A stretch of 64,000 nt of DNA from an uncultured delta proteobacterium. Lineage in GTDB: Bacteria; Desulfobacterota; Desulfobacteria; Desulfobacterales; JAFDCJ01. The position numbers and the translations under genes were made by a program. This document shows, piece by piece, positions 21,921-31,775 of this stretch. How positions within the stretch are numbered: position 1 is the first letter of the stretch; every line of letters starts with the position of its first letter. Location of the stretch: positions 224,001-288,000 of the forward strand of contig CAVYNY010000011.1 of assembly GCA_963769935.1 (NCBI GenBank), written 5' to 3'. The notes below the pieces were generated by a model that worked only from the letters and a program-made list of their open reading frames with translations, had not been told where the DNA came from and did no database searches.

Positions 21921-23209
21921 GGTTCAACCTTCTCAACCAATTCGAGACAATCCGCCAGGGTTTTGCCTTTGAATCTTATTTTCAAGGCCGCCGCCAGCAT
22001 TTCAACATTTATTACCCGGCCGAGTTTGGCCAGCATACCCACCGACGCCAGGGCCCAGTCCGGATTTTTAATTCCCTGGGATTTTAGATCCATTTTATGA
22101 ATACGGGCGCTGCAGGCCGGCACTTCGACCCCGGCAGCCTGCAAAATAAGGGTATTGCCGTCGGTTTGTTCAAATATTTGCCGGCGGCGGTCCACCCCTT
22201 CCGGGGCCAGCGCCACGATGACGTCCGGACGTTCGATTCCGGTATAGTCAATTTCCAGCGGTGACAGAATTAATTCACTGATGGACGGTCCCCGCATGAC
22301 CGTGATGTTGTACTCGTTTTTCTGGGTGGTATTCAGGCCGGCCGTCAGCCCCGCCAGGCATAAAATTTCTCCGGCGGTGATAATACGCTGGCCGGCACTG
22401 CCAAGCAGGATCAATTCCCGGCGATGTGCGTCGGGCGGTTGGAATTCGGCCTCAATTGCGGGAGGTTCCGGCGCCGGTTTCAATCGGGCGCTCGATTGCC
22501 GGTAGTGCCGGCTGTATTCCATGCGGGAGTTTTCGGCCACGATCCCTTCCGCCGGGGGTAACCCGGCCAGGGCTTCATCAATGGTTTTAGGGGTCAGACG
22601 ATTTTTTTTGGTGAATCGCCCCGGGCACACCCCCCAAATATCCAATATGGAAAACCCTTCAAATTCAACGGCCCGCTGAATTTCTGCAGCCAGATCCGGG
22701 CGATAGGCCGAGCAGCGCGCTGCATAAGCCGCCCCCGCCGACCGGGCTACCTGGCAGATGTCCAGGGGGCGTTCCAGCTGATTTAAGAATGCCGAGCCGA
22801 CCAGCGCATCCGGCGGTGTGGTAGCGGAATACTGACCGCCGGTCATGCCGAAATTGAAATTGTTCAATATCAGCAGGGTCAGATCCAGGTTGCGCCGGCA
22901 GGCGGCCAGCAGATGGGCACCGCCGATACCCTGGCCGCCGTCACCCATGGTGACCACGATTTTTAAATCCGGCCGAGCCAGTTTCAAACCGGCCGCATAG
23001 GTCAGCGCACGACCGTGCAGTCCGTGCAGGGCGTGGGTGTTGAAAAATGTGTCAAACAGACCCGAGCAGCCGATATCGCTGACCATCACGATCCGGTCGC
23101 CGGTCAACCCCATATTTTGAAAGGCCTTGTCCAGCGTGTGGGTGATGTGCTCGTGGGAACATCCGGGACAAAAGACCGGCGGTCTGGCATTGTTGAGCAA
23201 ACTAACCAT
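21917..23209 (-). CDS. 2-oxoacid:ferredoxin oxidoreductase, fused beta (TPP-binding) and gamma subunits
   Basis: FCPGC, DIGCS, GLHGR, GDGG, NNFNFGMTGGQ; C-terminal gamma-like GSAGQ, MRGPSISE. Confidence 0.8.
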   Translation of the reverse strand: MVSLLNNARPPVFCPGCSHEHITHTLDKAFQNMGLTGDRIVMVSDIGCSGLFDTFFNTHALHGLHGRALTYAAGLKLARPDLKIVVTMGDGGQGIGGAHLLAACRRNLDLTLLILNNFNFGMTGGQYSATTPPDALVGSAFLNQLERPLDICQVARSAGAAYAARCSAYRPDLAAEIQRAVEFEGFSILDIWGVCPGRFTKKNRLTPKTIDEALAGLPPAEGIVAENSRMEYSRHYRQSSARLKPAPEPPAIEAEFQPPDAHRRELILLGSAGQRIITAGEILCLAGLTAGLNTTQKNEYNITVMRGPSISELILSPLEIDYTGIERPDVIVALAPEGVDRRRQIFEQTDGNTLILQAAGVEVPACSARIHKMDLKSQGIKNPDWALASVGMLAKLGRVINVEMLAAALKIRFKGKTLADCLELVEKVEP

Positions 23210-24323
23210 TTGCGATGGTCTCCTTGATTTTTTGCGGCGAGATCAGGCGTCCGTCCATCTGGCCGTAGAAATCCACGTGCCGATCAACCAGGATGCGTTT
23301 TATTTCCCAGACATACTGGCCCAGATTCATCTCCAGCGCGACTACCCGTTTGACACCCCTGGCCGCCCGGCGGATGACGGCTTCGGGCACCGGCCACAGG
23401 GTCTTGAGAATCAGCAGGGAAATCGGCCGGCCCGAGCTTTGCAATTCCCGGTAAACTGCTTTGGCCGCCCGGGCGGTAACGCCATACGCAATGAGCAGGG
23501 TATCCGATTGACCGGCACCAAGGAGCTCATAGAATGAAAATTCCGTGACAGCCGATTCAAGTTTGTTTTTCAAGCGGTCAAGGATCCGGGAAATTTCCTG
23601 CGGGTCGGTGGTGATGTAGCCGCTGGTGCCGTGGGTGGAGGATGTCTGGCGCACCGGTATATCGGAACCGATGGGTAAAAAATCCGGCACGCCCTGGCCA
23701 TCTTCAACCTGAAACGGCAAAAACGGTTTGCCGGCCGGCGGCGGCGTGCGATTGATGATGCCGGGCTTTGCCAGGGCCTCCAGGTCGACACTTTCCCGGG
23801 TCATGCCGATTTCCTTGTTGGAGGCGATGAACACCGGACAGCGAAATTTTTCAGCCAGATTAAAGGCATGCATCGTCAACGTAAAGCAGTCGGCAACGTT
23901 TTCCGGTGCCAGCACAATGACCGGCATGCCGCCGCTATTGCCCCAGCGCAGAAAGCAGATATCGCCGTCGGCGCCGCGGGTGGCCGAGCCGGTGGACGGC
24001 CCCAGTCGCTGCACATCGACAATCACGATCGGAATTTCACTGCCGATGGCAAATGAAATATGTTCGCTGTAAAGGCTGATACCCGGCCCGGAGGTCGCCG
24101 TCATTACCTTGAGCCCGGCCATTGAGGCACCCAGACAGGCTCCGATGGATGCAATTTCATCTTCGGCCTGAAGACAAATACCGCCCAGGGGCGGCAGCAG
24201 CGTCAGCATGGTGTTTAATATCGTGGTGGCCGGTGTGATCGGATATCCGGCAAAAAACCGGCAGCCGGAGGCCATTGCCCCCCGGCCGATTGCCTCGTTG
24301 CCCTCAATGAAACTAAACGCCAT
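23202..24323 (-). CDS. 2-oxoacid:ferredoxin oxidoreductase alpha subunit
   Basis: GNEAIGRGA, FFAGYPITPAT, EDEIAS, TATSGPGISL, QRLGPSTG. Confidence 0.9.
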   Translation of the reverse strand: MAFSFIEGNEAIGRGAMASGCRFFAGYPITPATTILNTMLTLLPPLGGICLQAEDEIASIGACLGASMAGLKVMTATSGPGISLYSEHISFAIGSEIPIVIVDVQRLGPSTGSATRGADGDICFLRWGNSGGMPVIVLAPENVADCFTLTMHAFNLAEKFRCPVFIASNKEIGMTRESVDLEALAKPGIINRTPPPAGKPFLPFQVEDGQGVPDFLPIGSDIPVRQTSSTHGTSGYITTDPQEISRILDRLKNKLESAVTEFSFYELLGAGQSDTLLIAYGVTARAAKAVYRELQSSGRPISLLILKTLWPVPEAVIRRAARGVKRVVALEMNLGQYVWEIKRILVDRHVDFYGQMDGRLISPQKIKETIANG

Positions 24324-24351
24324 CTTAACTCCTTAAAGACGAAATGTACGA

Positions 24352-26574
24352 TCATCCTGGTCTTTTACCGGTATCCGCTCCGATCTTCCAGGATGTTTTC
24401 TGGGGCAGGGCCTTTTTTTCCTGCCAAGGGTATCGAATGCGCGAATGAAAGGATGCTTCAAGCGCATCGACCAGCGTTTCGACGATTTTTGAAAGGTCGC
24501 GGGACGTCAGGTCACATTCACTGAATTGTCCGTCAACGATGCGTCTGACCAGAATGAGACGCACCATTTTTTTGAACTTGTTGCGGTTCGGATCCTGCAG
24601 GGAGCGGGAGGCCGCCTCGACGGCGTCGGCCACCATTAAAATTGCAGCTTCAACGCTCTGGGGTTTTGGCCCCGGATAGCGGAATTCTTCCTCGCGAATG
24701 GTGCTTTGCGGATATGTTTTGGCGGCGATATTGTAAAAGTATTCCATTAACTGGGAGCCGTGGTGCTGCATTATCAGGTCGACCACGATTTTGGGCAATC
24801 CCGATTCCTGACCGATGCGGATGCCGTGTGCCACATGTTTGATGATGATTCGTGCGCTTTCCCGCGGTTCTAAAACATCGTGGGGATTTTCCCCATTGAA
24901 TTGATTCTCGATGAAAAACTTGGGATTCATCATTTTGCCGACATCATGATAATACGCCCCGATCCGCAACAAAAGTGTATCGGCTCCGACAGCTTCGCCG
25001 ACCGATTGAGCAAGATAGGCCACCGTCATGCAGTGCTGGTAGGTTCCCGGCGCTTTTGACAGCAGTTCTTTCATCAGTGGGCGATTAAGATCCATATAGC
25101 GGTTGAGCTTAAAGGTTGAAGCCGTCGCCCAGCTTATCTCAAGCAGGGGCAGCAGCATAAGCGCCAGGGGTCCTGCCGCCAGGCCGCCGACCACGGCCCA
25201 GCCGATATCCCCGGTCAAGGCGCCGTCAACGGCCTGTACCAGGATGTCAAATTTATCTGTTGGACGGGCGATAAATTGAGTGAGGACAGACTGCCAGTCC
25301 AGGGTGAATATGATGACGGTGAGCGTGTTGATAAATCCGACCAGCAAGGAAGGCAGCAGGATTTGCAGGCGTTTTCTCAGCCCCGAAGAAACCAGCACCG
25401 CCGCCAGTCCGCCGAATGTCAGAAACAGCAGAATCTGATAGGTCGGTCCGGATGACAGGCTGACCAGCATCGCGCCTATCAGGGTCGTAGCGGTTGCGAT
25501 CGCTTTTCCGTGGTTTAGAAAGATGATCAGCATGGGAAGTACGCAAAAGGGCAAACCATAAATCGGAAAAGGCGTGAAAACCAGGTAGCCCTTGAGGATA
25601 ACGATGGTGGTGATCAGCAACACCTGCAAAAAGCGGTAAGGCGGCTGGCTGCGTGAGCCGTTGGCCAGGATTTTTGTCATGAACAAGTTGAAAAATCCCA
25701 GCATAAAAAGAATGGTAAACAAAATCCAGGGCGCATTCCGGTATATCGCGACAAGCCGGTACTTCTGGTAAGATGCCAGCAGCAGCAGGTCCTTTTCATT
25801 TAAAATCCTGCGAAACGGCACCAGCACATCGCCGGGCTTATATTCAACAATCCGGGAGGGAAACTCCCGGTTTATTGTGTCCAATCTGCGCTCGTTTTCG
25901 TTCTGATCGTATTCGAGGTTGGGCTGCAATGTGGCGAGGGCAACCTGAACAACCGGATCCAACACGCTTTTATCGACCTGCCAAAAAAGCTGCCGGACTT
26001 TTTCCTCAAGCTGGGAGCGGGCCTTTTCGAGGGTCATCAGCTCATCGACCGGATATGTGACCGTACCGGCGGAATTAGGGCTCTGGATTTCAATGGTCTT
26101 TCTGTCCATAAGGCCCTGGGGATCGCGTAAGATTTTATTTTGCAGAATTGACTCCTCGATGGTGAGAATCCCTTCCAGCAAGTTTTTCAGGTCGCGGTAC
26201 TTGACGATATTGATAATATTAGCCGGAGACAGCCGGACATCGAATTCCTCCTGCAGCTGGTTCTTCAGGTCTTCCACCCCTTTTTGTTTTTTTTCCTGAA
26301 AAGTGGAAACTGCCTGCATAATCGTTTTAAACTTTTCGAGGGAAGTTTCGACGCCCTGGGGATCATAGCGGTAGATGGGAATGTACCGTGACAGCGCATC
26401 CTTGCGTTTGACCTCCAACGCCGTTCGCTGATCGAAGCTGAAATTGCCCTGCGACCGGATGGTCAGATATATGGCCTGGTTCTTTTGAGGCGGCCAAAGA
26501 TAGAGGTAGATATCCTCAACAAAGCAAGCCAAAATCGCTATCGAAATTAAAATTATGTTAAGAATTAATCGCAT
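24352..26574 (-). CDS. 7TM-HD (HDIG) phosphohydrolase, PgpH-like
   Basis: Extracytoplasmic domain, TM region, APGTYQH, YYHDVGK, FIENQ, HHGS, FRYPGPKPQS, ADAVEAASRS. Confidence 0.85.
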   Translation of the reverse strand: MRLILNIILISIAILACFVEDIYLYLWPPQKNQAIYLTIRSQGNFSFDQRTALEVKRKDALSRYIPIYRYDPQGVETSLEKFKTIMQAVSTFQEKKQKGVEDLKNQLQEEFDVRLSPANIINIVKYRDLKNLLEGILTIEESILQNKILRDPQGLMDRKTIEIQSPNSAGTVTYPVDELMTLEKARSQLEEKVRQLFWQVDKSVLDPVVQVALATLQPNLEYDQNENERRLDTINREFPSRIVEYKPGDVLVPFRRILNEKDLLLLASYQKYRLVAIYRNAPWILFTILFMLGFFNLFMTKILANGSRSQPPYRFLQVLLITTIVILKGYLVFTPFPIYGLPFCVLPMLIIFLNHGKAIATATTLIGAMLVSLSSGPTYQILLFLTFGGLAAVLVSSGLRKRLQILLPSLLVGFINTLTVIIFTLDWQSVLTQFIARPTDKFDILVQAVDGALTGDIGWAVVGGLAAGPLALMLLPLLEISWATASTFKLNRYMDLNRPLMKELLSKAPGTYQHCMTVAYLAQSVGEAVGADTLLLRIGAYYHDVGKMMNPKFFIENQFNGENPHDVLEPRESARIIIKHVAHGIRIGQESGLPKIVVDLIMQHHGSQLMEYFYNIAAKTYPQSTIREEEFRYPGPKPQSVEAAILMVADAVEAASRSLQDPNRNKFKKMVRLILVRRIVDGQFSECDLTSRDLSKIVETLVDALEASFHSRIRYPWQEKKALPQKTSWKIGADTGKRPG

Positions 26575-26912
26575 TTAAAGTGCATCCTGATTCTATCCAG
26601 CCGATTGTTTTTTGAAAACAACGGTACCGCAATCCGTGCCGTGATATTTCCAATCGACCCACCATAATATAAGGGAGTGAAGCAGGAGTCAATCATATCC
26701 GTGTTATTAATGCAAGCAGGATGCAGCTGGCGGATTGCAAGAGAATAATGTAATTAATTAGAATTATTAAATAAATTATTGTTGTCTTGCTATTTGGGAC
26801 GATATCTGACATAATATAAATTAACGGCTTCGCTCCAATTGGAATGGTGCAATAGTGCAATATTGGTAAAATTCCAGGACGTTTTAACCGACGTCTTGCA
26901 GGGAGACCCGAA

Positions 26913-27551
26913 ATGTTCGGCCTTGGGAAGAAAAGCAAAAATGACGGTGAGGATAAGCCTGACGTCCTGAAAGGCAGGCCGGGATCACCGCTGGGCGACA
27001 TTTCCAAAATGCTCAATGCCTCGGGCAGAATCGCTCTTCCAACCCTCGAAAAGCTAGTGAAGGTATGCCATAAGACCAAATTCGCCTTATTTATGGAACA
27101 ACCGGCGTTCGTCGGGTCTTCCATCCAGTCCGGTTCATTGAATTTGCGGAAACGGGCCAGCAAAGAGGAGATGAACAGAACCGTTATTTTTCAGATTGAA
27201 GATGGAGAAGAGGCTTCATCGCCCTCGGAAACATTGAAACATGCGATTTATCCGCTGGTCAAGGGCGAATATGCCACCGGCCCGGTGAACTCCTTTACAA
27301 TCGGGCGAGTGGACGGCAATGATATGATTATGCCGGATTATGCCATCTCCAAACAGCATGCGATCGTAGAAATCAGAAGAGGCAGTTACTCGATTCGCGA
27401 CTGCGATTCCACCAACGGCACGATGGTCAACGGAAAACGTCTGGATAAAAAGCCGGTGCAGCTGAATGATGGAGATGTGGTCGGATTTGCCCGGTATGAA
27501 TTTACCTTTTTCTTTCCCGAATCACTCTTCGATATGCTCAGCGACTCGTAA
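26913..27551 (+). CDS. FHA domain protein
   Basis: IGR, ISKQHA, STNGTMVNG FHA motifs. Confidence 0.85.
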   Translation: MFGLGKKSKNDGEDKPDVLKGRPGSPLGDISKMLNASGRIALPTLEKLVKVCHKTKFALFMEQPAFVGSSIQSGSLNLRKRASKEEMNRTVIFQIEDGEEASSPSETLKHAIYPLVKGEYATGPVNSFTIGRVDGNDMIMPDYAISKQHAIVEIRRGSYSIRDCDSTNGTMVNGKRLDKKPVQLNDGDVVGFARYEFTFFFPESLFDMLSDS

Positions 27552-27701
27552 CGCCGCCATCGATTGCGGATGTCGGATGGCGGAATTCGGATTGTGATTG
27601 GAATTGCAACGCCCTGTCTTTTTAATTCATAAAATTCGGTAGAATTCCTTTAACCTTTCGCCTTTCACTATCCAGAATCCAGCATCCAGCATCCAGCCCT
27701 T

Positions 27702-30584
27702 CTATCTCCCCAGCGCCGCTTTAATTGCCCGACCTATTTTTTCCAGCAGGTAAGGTTTTTTGACATATGTTCCGGCCCCCAATCGTTGAGCTTCCTTGAC
27801 CCGGACTGATTCAGAGTACCCGCTGGCGATAATGGCTTTTTGGCCCGGATGAATTTTAAGAATTCGGCGGTAGGTTTCGAGACCGTCGATGCCGGGTTCC
27901 ATTATCATGTCCAGAACCAGCAGGTCCGCCGTATGGGTACGCATGTATTCAACGGCTTCCCCGCCGCCGGCCGCGGTGGTGACCTGATACCCCAGTTTTT
28001 CCAGCATTTCGGTCGCAATTTGACGCTGGGCGGCGATATCATCGACCAAAAGTATGGATTCACCCTTTCCCATTATATCCTGAATGGAGGCAATTTCTGC
28101 TTCGGGAGCAAACATCTTGCGAGTGATCGGAAAATACAGGGTAACTTCCGTTCCTTTGCCTTCCGTGCTGTTGATGTCGATGAATCCCCTGTGGTCTTTT
28201 ACCGTACCCCAGACAACCGCCATCCCGAGTCCGGTGCCGCTCCTGCCCATAGTTTTTTTGGTGTAAAAGGGCTCGAAAATTCTTTCAATATCTTCGGGTG
28301 AAATTCCGATACCGGTATCCAAGACGGTCAGGGTGGCGTAGTCTCCCTTGTCAATGTCGTCATAACCGGGTTTGATTTTGTCCATATGGCGGTTTTCAGT
28401 GCTGATGACAATCGTTCCACCTTCGGGCATGGCTTCAGCGGCATTCGATACCAAATTCATAACAGTTTTGGATAAATGCACGGGTGAGCCTAAAATATTG
28501 AGCAGATCTTTATCCAACTTCCTGACAATGCGGGCATCGGGATGGTTCAACTCCAATTTCGCATGCTCGGGGCTTTGCAGGTACTCGGCAACGATAAAAT
28601 TCAAGTTGACCACTTCTGTTGCTTCAACGCCCCTGCGAGCCAGCGTGAGCAGATCCTGGACAATCGCGGCCGCCTTTTCACCGGATTTTTGAATAGTTAA
28701 AATTGGTTTTCGCAGGGGGCTGTCTGCCTTAAGATCCATTAAAAGCAACTCCGGATAACTGACAATACCCGAAAGAATATTGTTCAGATCGTGAGCCACG
28801 CCGCCGGCCAGGGTTCCGATGGCTTCCATCTTCTGGGCGCGTTGCAACTGGGCCTGGAGTTCTTCTTTTTCGCGGCTGGCCGATTTAAGCTGGGTGACGT
28901 CGTTGCCGATGCAAAGAATTTCGATAAAATGAGCGCCGTCGTTGAAAATGGGCTTGTAAGTCCATGCTATCCACACGCTTTCACCGGATTTGGTCGTTGT
29001 TTCGTTTTCACTGACCATCAATTGGGCAGGATTTTTTTGCAGGGCGGCAGCGAGTTCTCCAAAGCTCAATTGATTTGAATCTGGTGCGGGCAGAATGATC
29101 CGGCCGGCATTTTTCCCGATCAGCTCCGCTTCCGTATAGCCGAAAAATCGCTGGGCAAATTCGTTGAAATAGGTAATATTGCCTTCCGTGTCCACCCGCA
29201 GGATGATGCTGTTGGCATTTTCTACCAGTTCGCGATATTTTTTCTCGCTGGCATGCAGTTTTTCAAATGACATCGCATTTGAAATGCTGATTGCCAGCTG
29301 CGATGCCACGCCGATCAGCAGACTCATGTCGCTTTGTCTCAAAGGCCGGCTGGACTTGCTATTGTCGACCGCCAATATCCCCAACGATTCTTTTTCGTAT
29401 ATTATGGGAACGCAAATCAGCGCCTCGCTGCCCAGCTGCTGGGAGAATTCATAACTTTTGCGGGACAGCGAGCCTTGAATTTCACTGATGTTGTTGACCA
29501 GAAAGGGTCGCTGCTCCTTGATGGCCAGCACAAACAATCCTTTGGATTCGGGATTGTCCAGATGAAACTCCGTTTCTTTTAAAATGGTCTCTTCGGGTCG
29601 ATTCTGGCCGTATCCGGCACAATATCGCAGCATGTTTTTTTCTTTGTCGACCAGCATGATCATCCCGCGGTCGAAATCCAGCCGTTTTTCCATGACACCG
29701 GCCACCGTATTGAGCAGGTTGTCGATGTCCAGAATATTTGCGGTGGCCTGCCCGATTTCTTGAACCAGCAGGGCGTTGTTATAACTGATATTGCTTTCAA
29801 GGATGTTGTCCTGAGCCGCTTCGGTCTGGGTCTCAACCGTTCTGATCAAGGCTTTTTTCTCAAGATATTCGATGTAATAAGACAGCAGCAGAACAATACA
29901 GGCGCACGCCAGGGCAAAAACCGCCCAGTTTAAATAAGGTAAAACGAAAAGCAATGTCAGCATAAGGAGAATGCTGGCGATCAGAGCGTAATTGCGAATC
30001 AGCTTCCAGTGGAATTTGGGGGTTTGGGTCCAGCTGATAAGGTACCGGCAGCAGTCATCACCTTTGTGAACGCAGTCCGGATGATCAATCTGGGCAAATT
30101 TGTCGGTGAACATGCGGGCGAGAGATTCGAATGAACCTCTTCGGTTTTCACACTGGTAGGGTTTTTCGTTAACCCCCGTTTTGGGTACGGCGGTAATTTC
30201 TACCTGGTTCGCGCCTATTTTTCTGGCACTGACATCTGCGCCGCGGCTCATCAGGGCATGAATTTTTTCGATCAACAGGTAGATGGTGGCCGGACTCATC
30301 AAGCCCAGCGCGTATTGTTTGGTTGCTCCCAGCCCTTCCGATGATGCCGAGTATCGACCGGCCTCTCTGGCAATATTGGGATTGCCTGTCCGGACTACCA
30401 GAATGTCATGCAAACGATCCTGCTTCTCCTGGGTAAACCAGTGGGCCGGGTCCTCAATTTCATATCGGGCGATCCCCGCCTCGTCCAGAATAGAATCAAG
30501 GTCAATATCCGGATAATATTTGCTCAGATATTGAATATAAACTTTAGTTATACGGCTGTTATACAAGGGGGTCGAGTCGTTCAT
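27702..30584 (-). CDS. Hybrid sensor histidine kinase (N-terminal V4R-like sensor, TM, GAF, PAS, HisKA, HATPase, REC)
   Basis: H-box LAGGVAHDLNNIL, NLVSNA, DTGIGI, FEPFYTKK, GTGLG; C-terminal receiver (LLVDD, LDMIMEPGIDG). Confidence 0.9.
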   Translation of the reverse strand: MNDSTPLYNSRITKVYIQYLSKYYPDIDLDSILDEAGIARYEIEDPAHWFTQEKQDRLHDILVVRTGNPNIAREAGRYSASSEGLGATKQYALGLMSPATIYLLIEKIHALMSRGADVSARKIGANQVEITAVPKTGVNEKPYQCENRRGSFESLARMFTDKFAQIDHPDCVHKGDDCCRYLISWTQTPKFHWKLIRNYALIASILLMLTLLFVLPYLNWAVFALACACIVLLLSYYIEYLEKKALIRTVETQTEAAQDNILESNISYNNALLVQEIGQATANILDIDNLLNTVAGVMEKRLDFDRGMIMLVDKEKNMLRYCAGYGQNRPEETILKETEFHLDNPESKGLFVLAIKEQRPFLVNNISEIQGSLSRKSYEFSQQLGSEALICVPIIYEKESLGILAVDNSKSSRPLRQSDMSLLIGVASQLAISISNAMSFEKLHASEKKYRELVENANSIILRVDTEGNITYFNEFAQRFFGYTEAELIGKNAGRIILPAPDSNQLSFGELAAALQKNPAQLMVSENETTTKSGESVWIAWTYKPIFNDGAHFIEILCIGNDVTQLKSASREKEELQAQLQRAQKMEAIGTLAGGVAHDLNNILSGIVSYPELLLMDLKADSPLRKPILTIQKSGEKAAAIVQDLLTLARRGVEATEVVNLNFIVAEYLQSPEHAKLELNHPDARIVRKLDKDLLNILGSPVHLSKTVMNLVSNAAEAMPEGGTIVISTENRHMDKIKPGYDDIDKGDYATLTVLDTGIGISPEDIERIFEPFYTKKTMGRSGTGLGMAVVWGTVKDHRGFIDINSTEGKGTEVTLYFPITRKMFAPEAEIASIQDIMGKGESILLVDDIAAQRQIATEMLEKLGYQVTTAAGGGEAVEYMRTHTADLLVLDMIMEPGIDGLETYRRILKIHPGQKAIIASGYSESVRVKEAQRLGAGTYVKKPYLLEKIGRAIKAALGR

Positions 30585-30766
30585 CCTGACAATTCCGCGG
30601 AGTCTGTCTGCCGGGTCTTTGATAGTCTCTTATTGTAAAGAAAAGCTTTCACGCTGAATGCGGGTCCCGCGGGTATTTGAAATCGAACAGGCAGCCGTCG
30701 GGCAAACCACATGAAAAGCATAATAAACTCGTTAGCTTATGTCAAGAAAGGATATGCAGTCGCAAT

Positions 30767-31675
30767 TTATTCGACGCGATGGACGATAGCGGATGCCGGC
30801 ACCAGTTTTACTTCTTTTTGTAATTCGGGCAGCATCTCGCGCAAGATATTATAGGTTATTAAATGCGGGTGTCCGATACCCACAGCATAGCCATTGCGCC
30901 GGGCAATTCGAACCAATTCCTTGATCTGCCGGTGGATAAATTCGGCATCCTGCAGATGATCCAGAAAGACGTCCCGTTGTGCAAAAGGAATCTGAAACAA
31001 GCGAGCAGATGATTTACAGAGCGTTTGGGAGGTGGTGCGACTATCTATAAAATAAAGATTCCTTTCTTTGAGCACGGAAAAAATCTGGTACATTTGACTG
31101 GATTCAGCTGTCATTTTGGACCCCATATGATTGTTGACGCCCTTTATGTAGGGCACAGCCTTGAGATTTTCTTTAAGCTGGTGAATCAACTGATCCGGCG
31201 TCATGGAGGTCAGCAGGGTACCGGGACCCGGGTTGACGGCCGGATATTCGATCGGCTCCATCGGCAAATGAAGCATGATCTCCAGGCCTCTGGCCTTTGA
31301 TAAATTGGCGATACTGTCCTGAAAAGGGCTGAATGGCAGAATGGAAAAGGTGAAAACTGCGTTGAGCTCACATAATTTTTCCGCCAGTTTGCGGTCATAG
31401 CCCAGATCGTCGATAATGATGGCCACCTGGGGGAGCTGTTTTTCATCCGGCGGCGGCGGCACCTTTATCGATTTTTTTTCCGGTGGAATATCTTTTTGGG
31501 GATAAATTTCAAACGTGGGAATGTTGGCGATCGGCTCCTTGATGGCAGGAGCCGATTTCGCCGGCGCAGCCGCCGTCCGTTGCGGTTTGGCGGGAGTTAT
31601 CAGATAGTGAGCCACCAAACCCGCCAGCGCCACCAGGAATAATAAGATGGCAACGCCGGCAAAAGCTTTAAACAA
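30767..31675 (-). CDS. Divergent polysaccharide deacetylase family protein (YibQ-like); true start may be ATG 31749 across an A10 frameshift
   Basis: IIIDDLG, HLPMEP, GVNNHMGS, FIDSRT, RDVFLD, GIGHP. Confidence 0.88.
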   Translation of the reverse strand: MFKAFAGVAILLFLVALAGLVAHYLITPAKPQRTAAAPAKSAPAIKEPIANIPTFEIYPQKDIPPEKKSIKVPPPPDEKQLPQVAIIIDDLGYDRKLAEKLCELNAVFTFSILPFSPFQDSIANLSKARGLEIMLHLPMEPIEYPAVNPGPGTLLTSMTPDQLIHQLKENLKAVPYIKGVNNHMGSKMTAESSQMYQIFSVLKERNLYFIDSRTTSQTLCKSSARLFQIPFAQRDVFLDHLQDAEFIHRQIKELVRIARRNGYAVGIGHPHLITYNILREMLPELQKEVKLVPASAIVHRVE

Positions 31676-31775
31676 AGGACTTTTGTTTGAATTGTTTTTG
31701 CGGCTTTTGTTGGTTTTTTTTTTCTGCGTGTGGGTTTTCGATTTGCCATATATCGATGTCAGATGGCTCTAGAAA

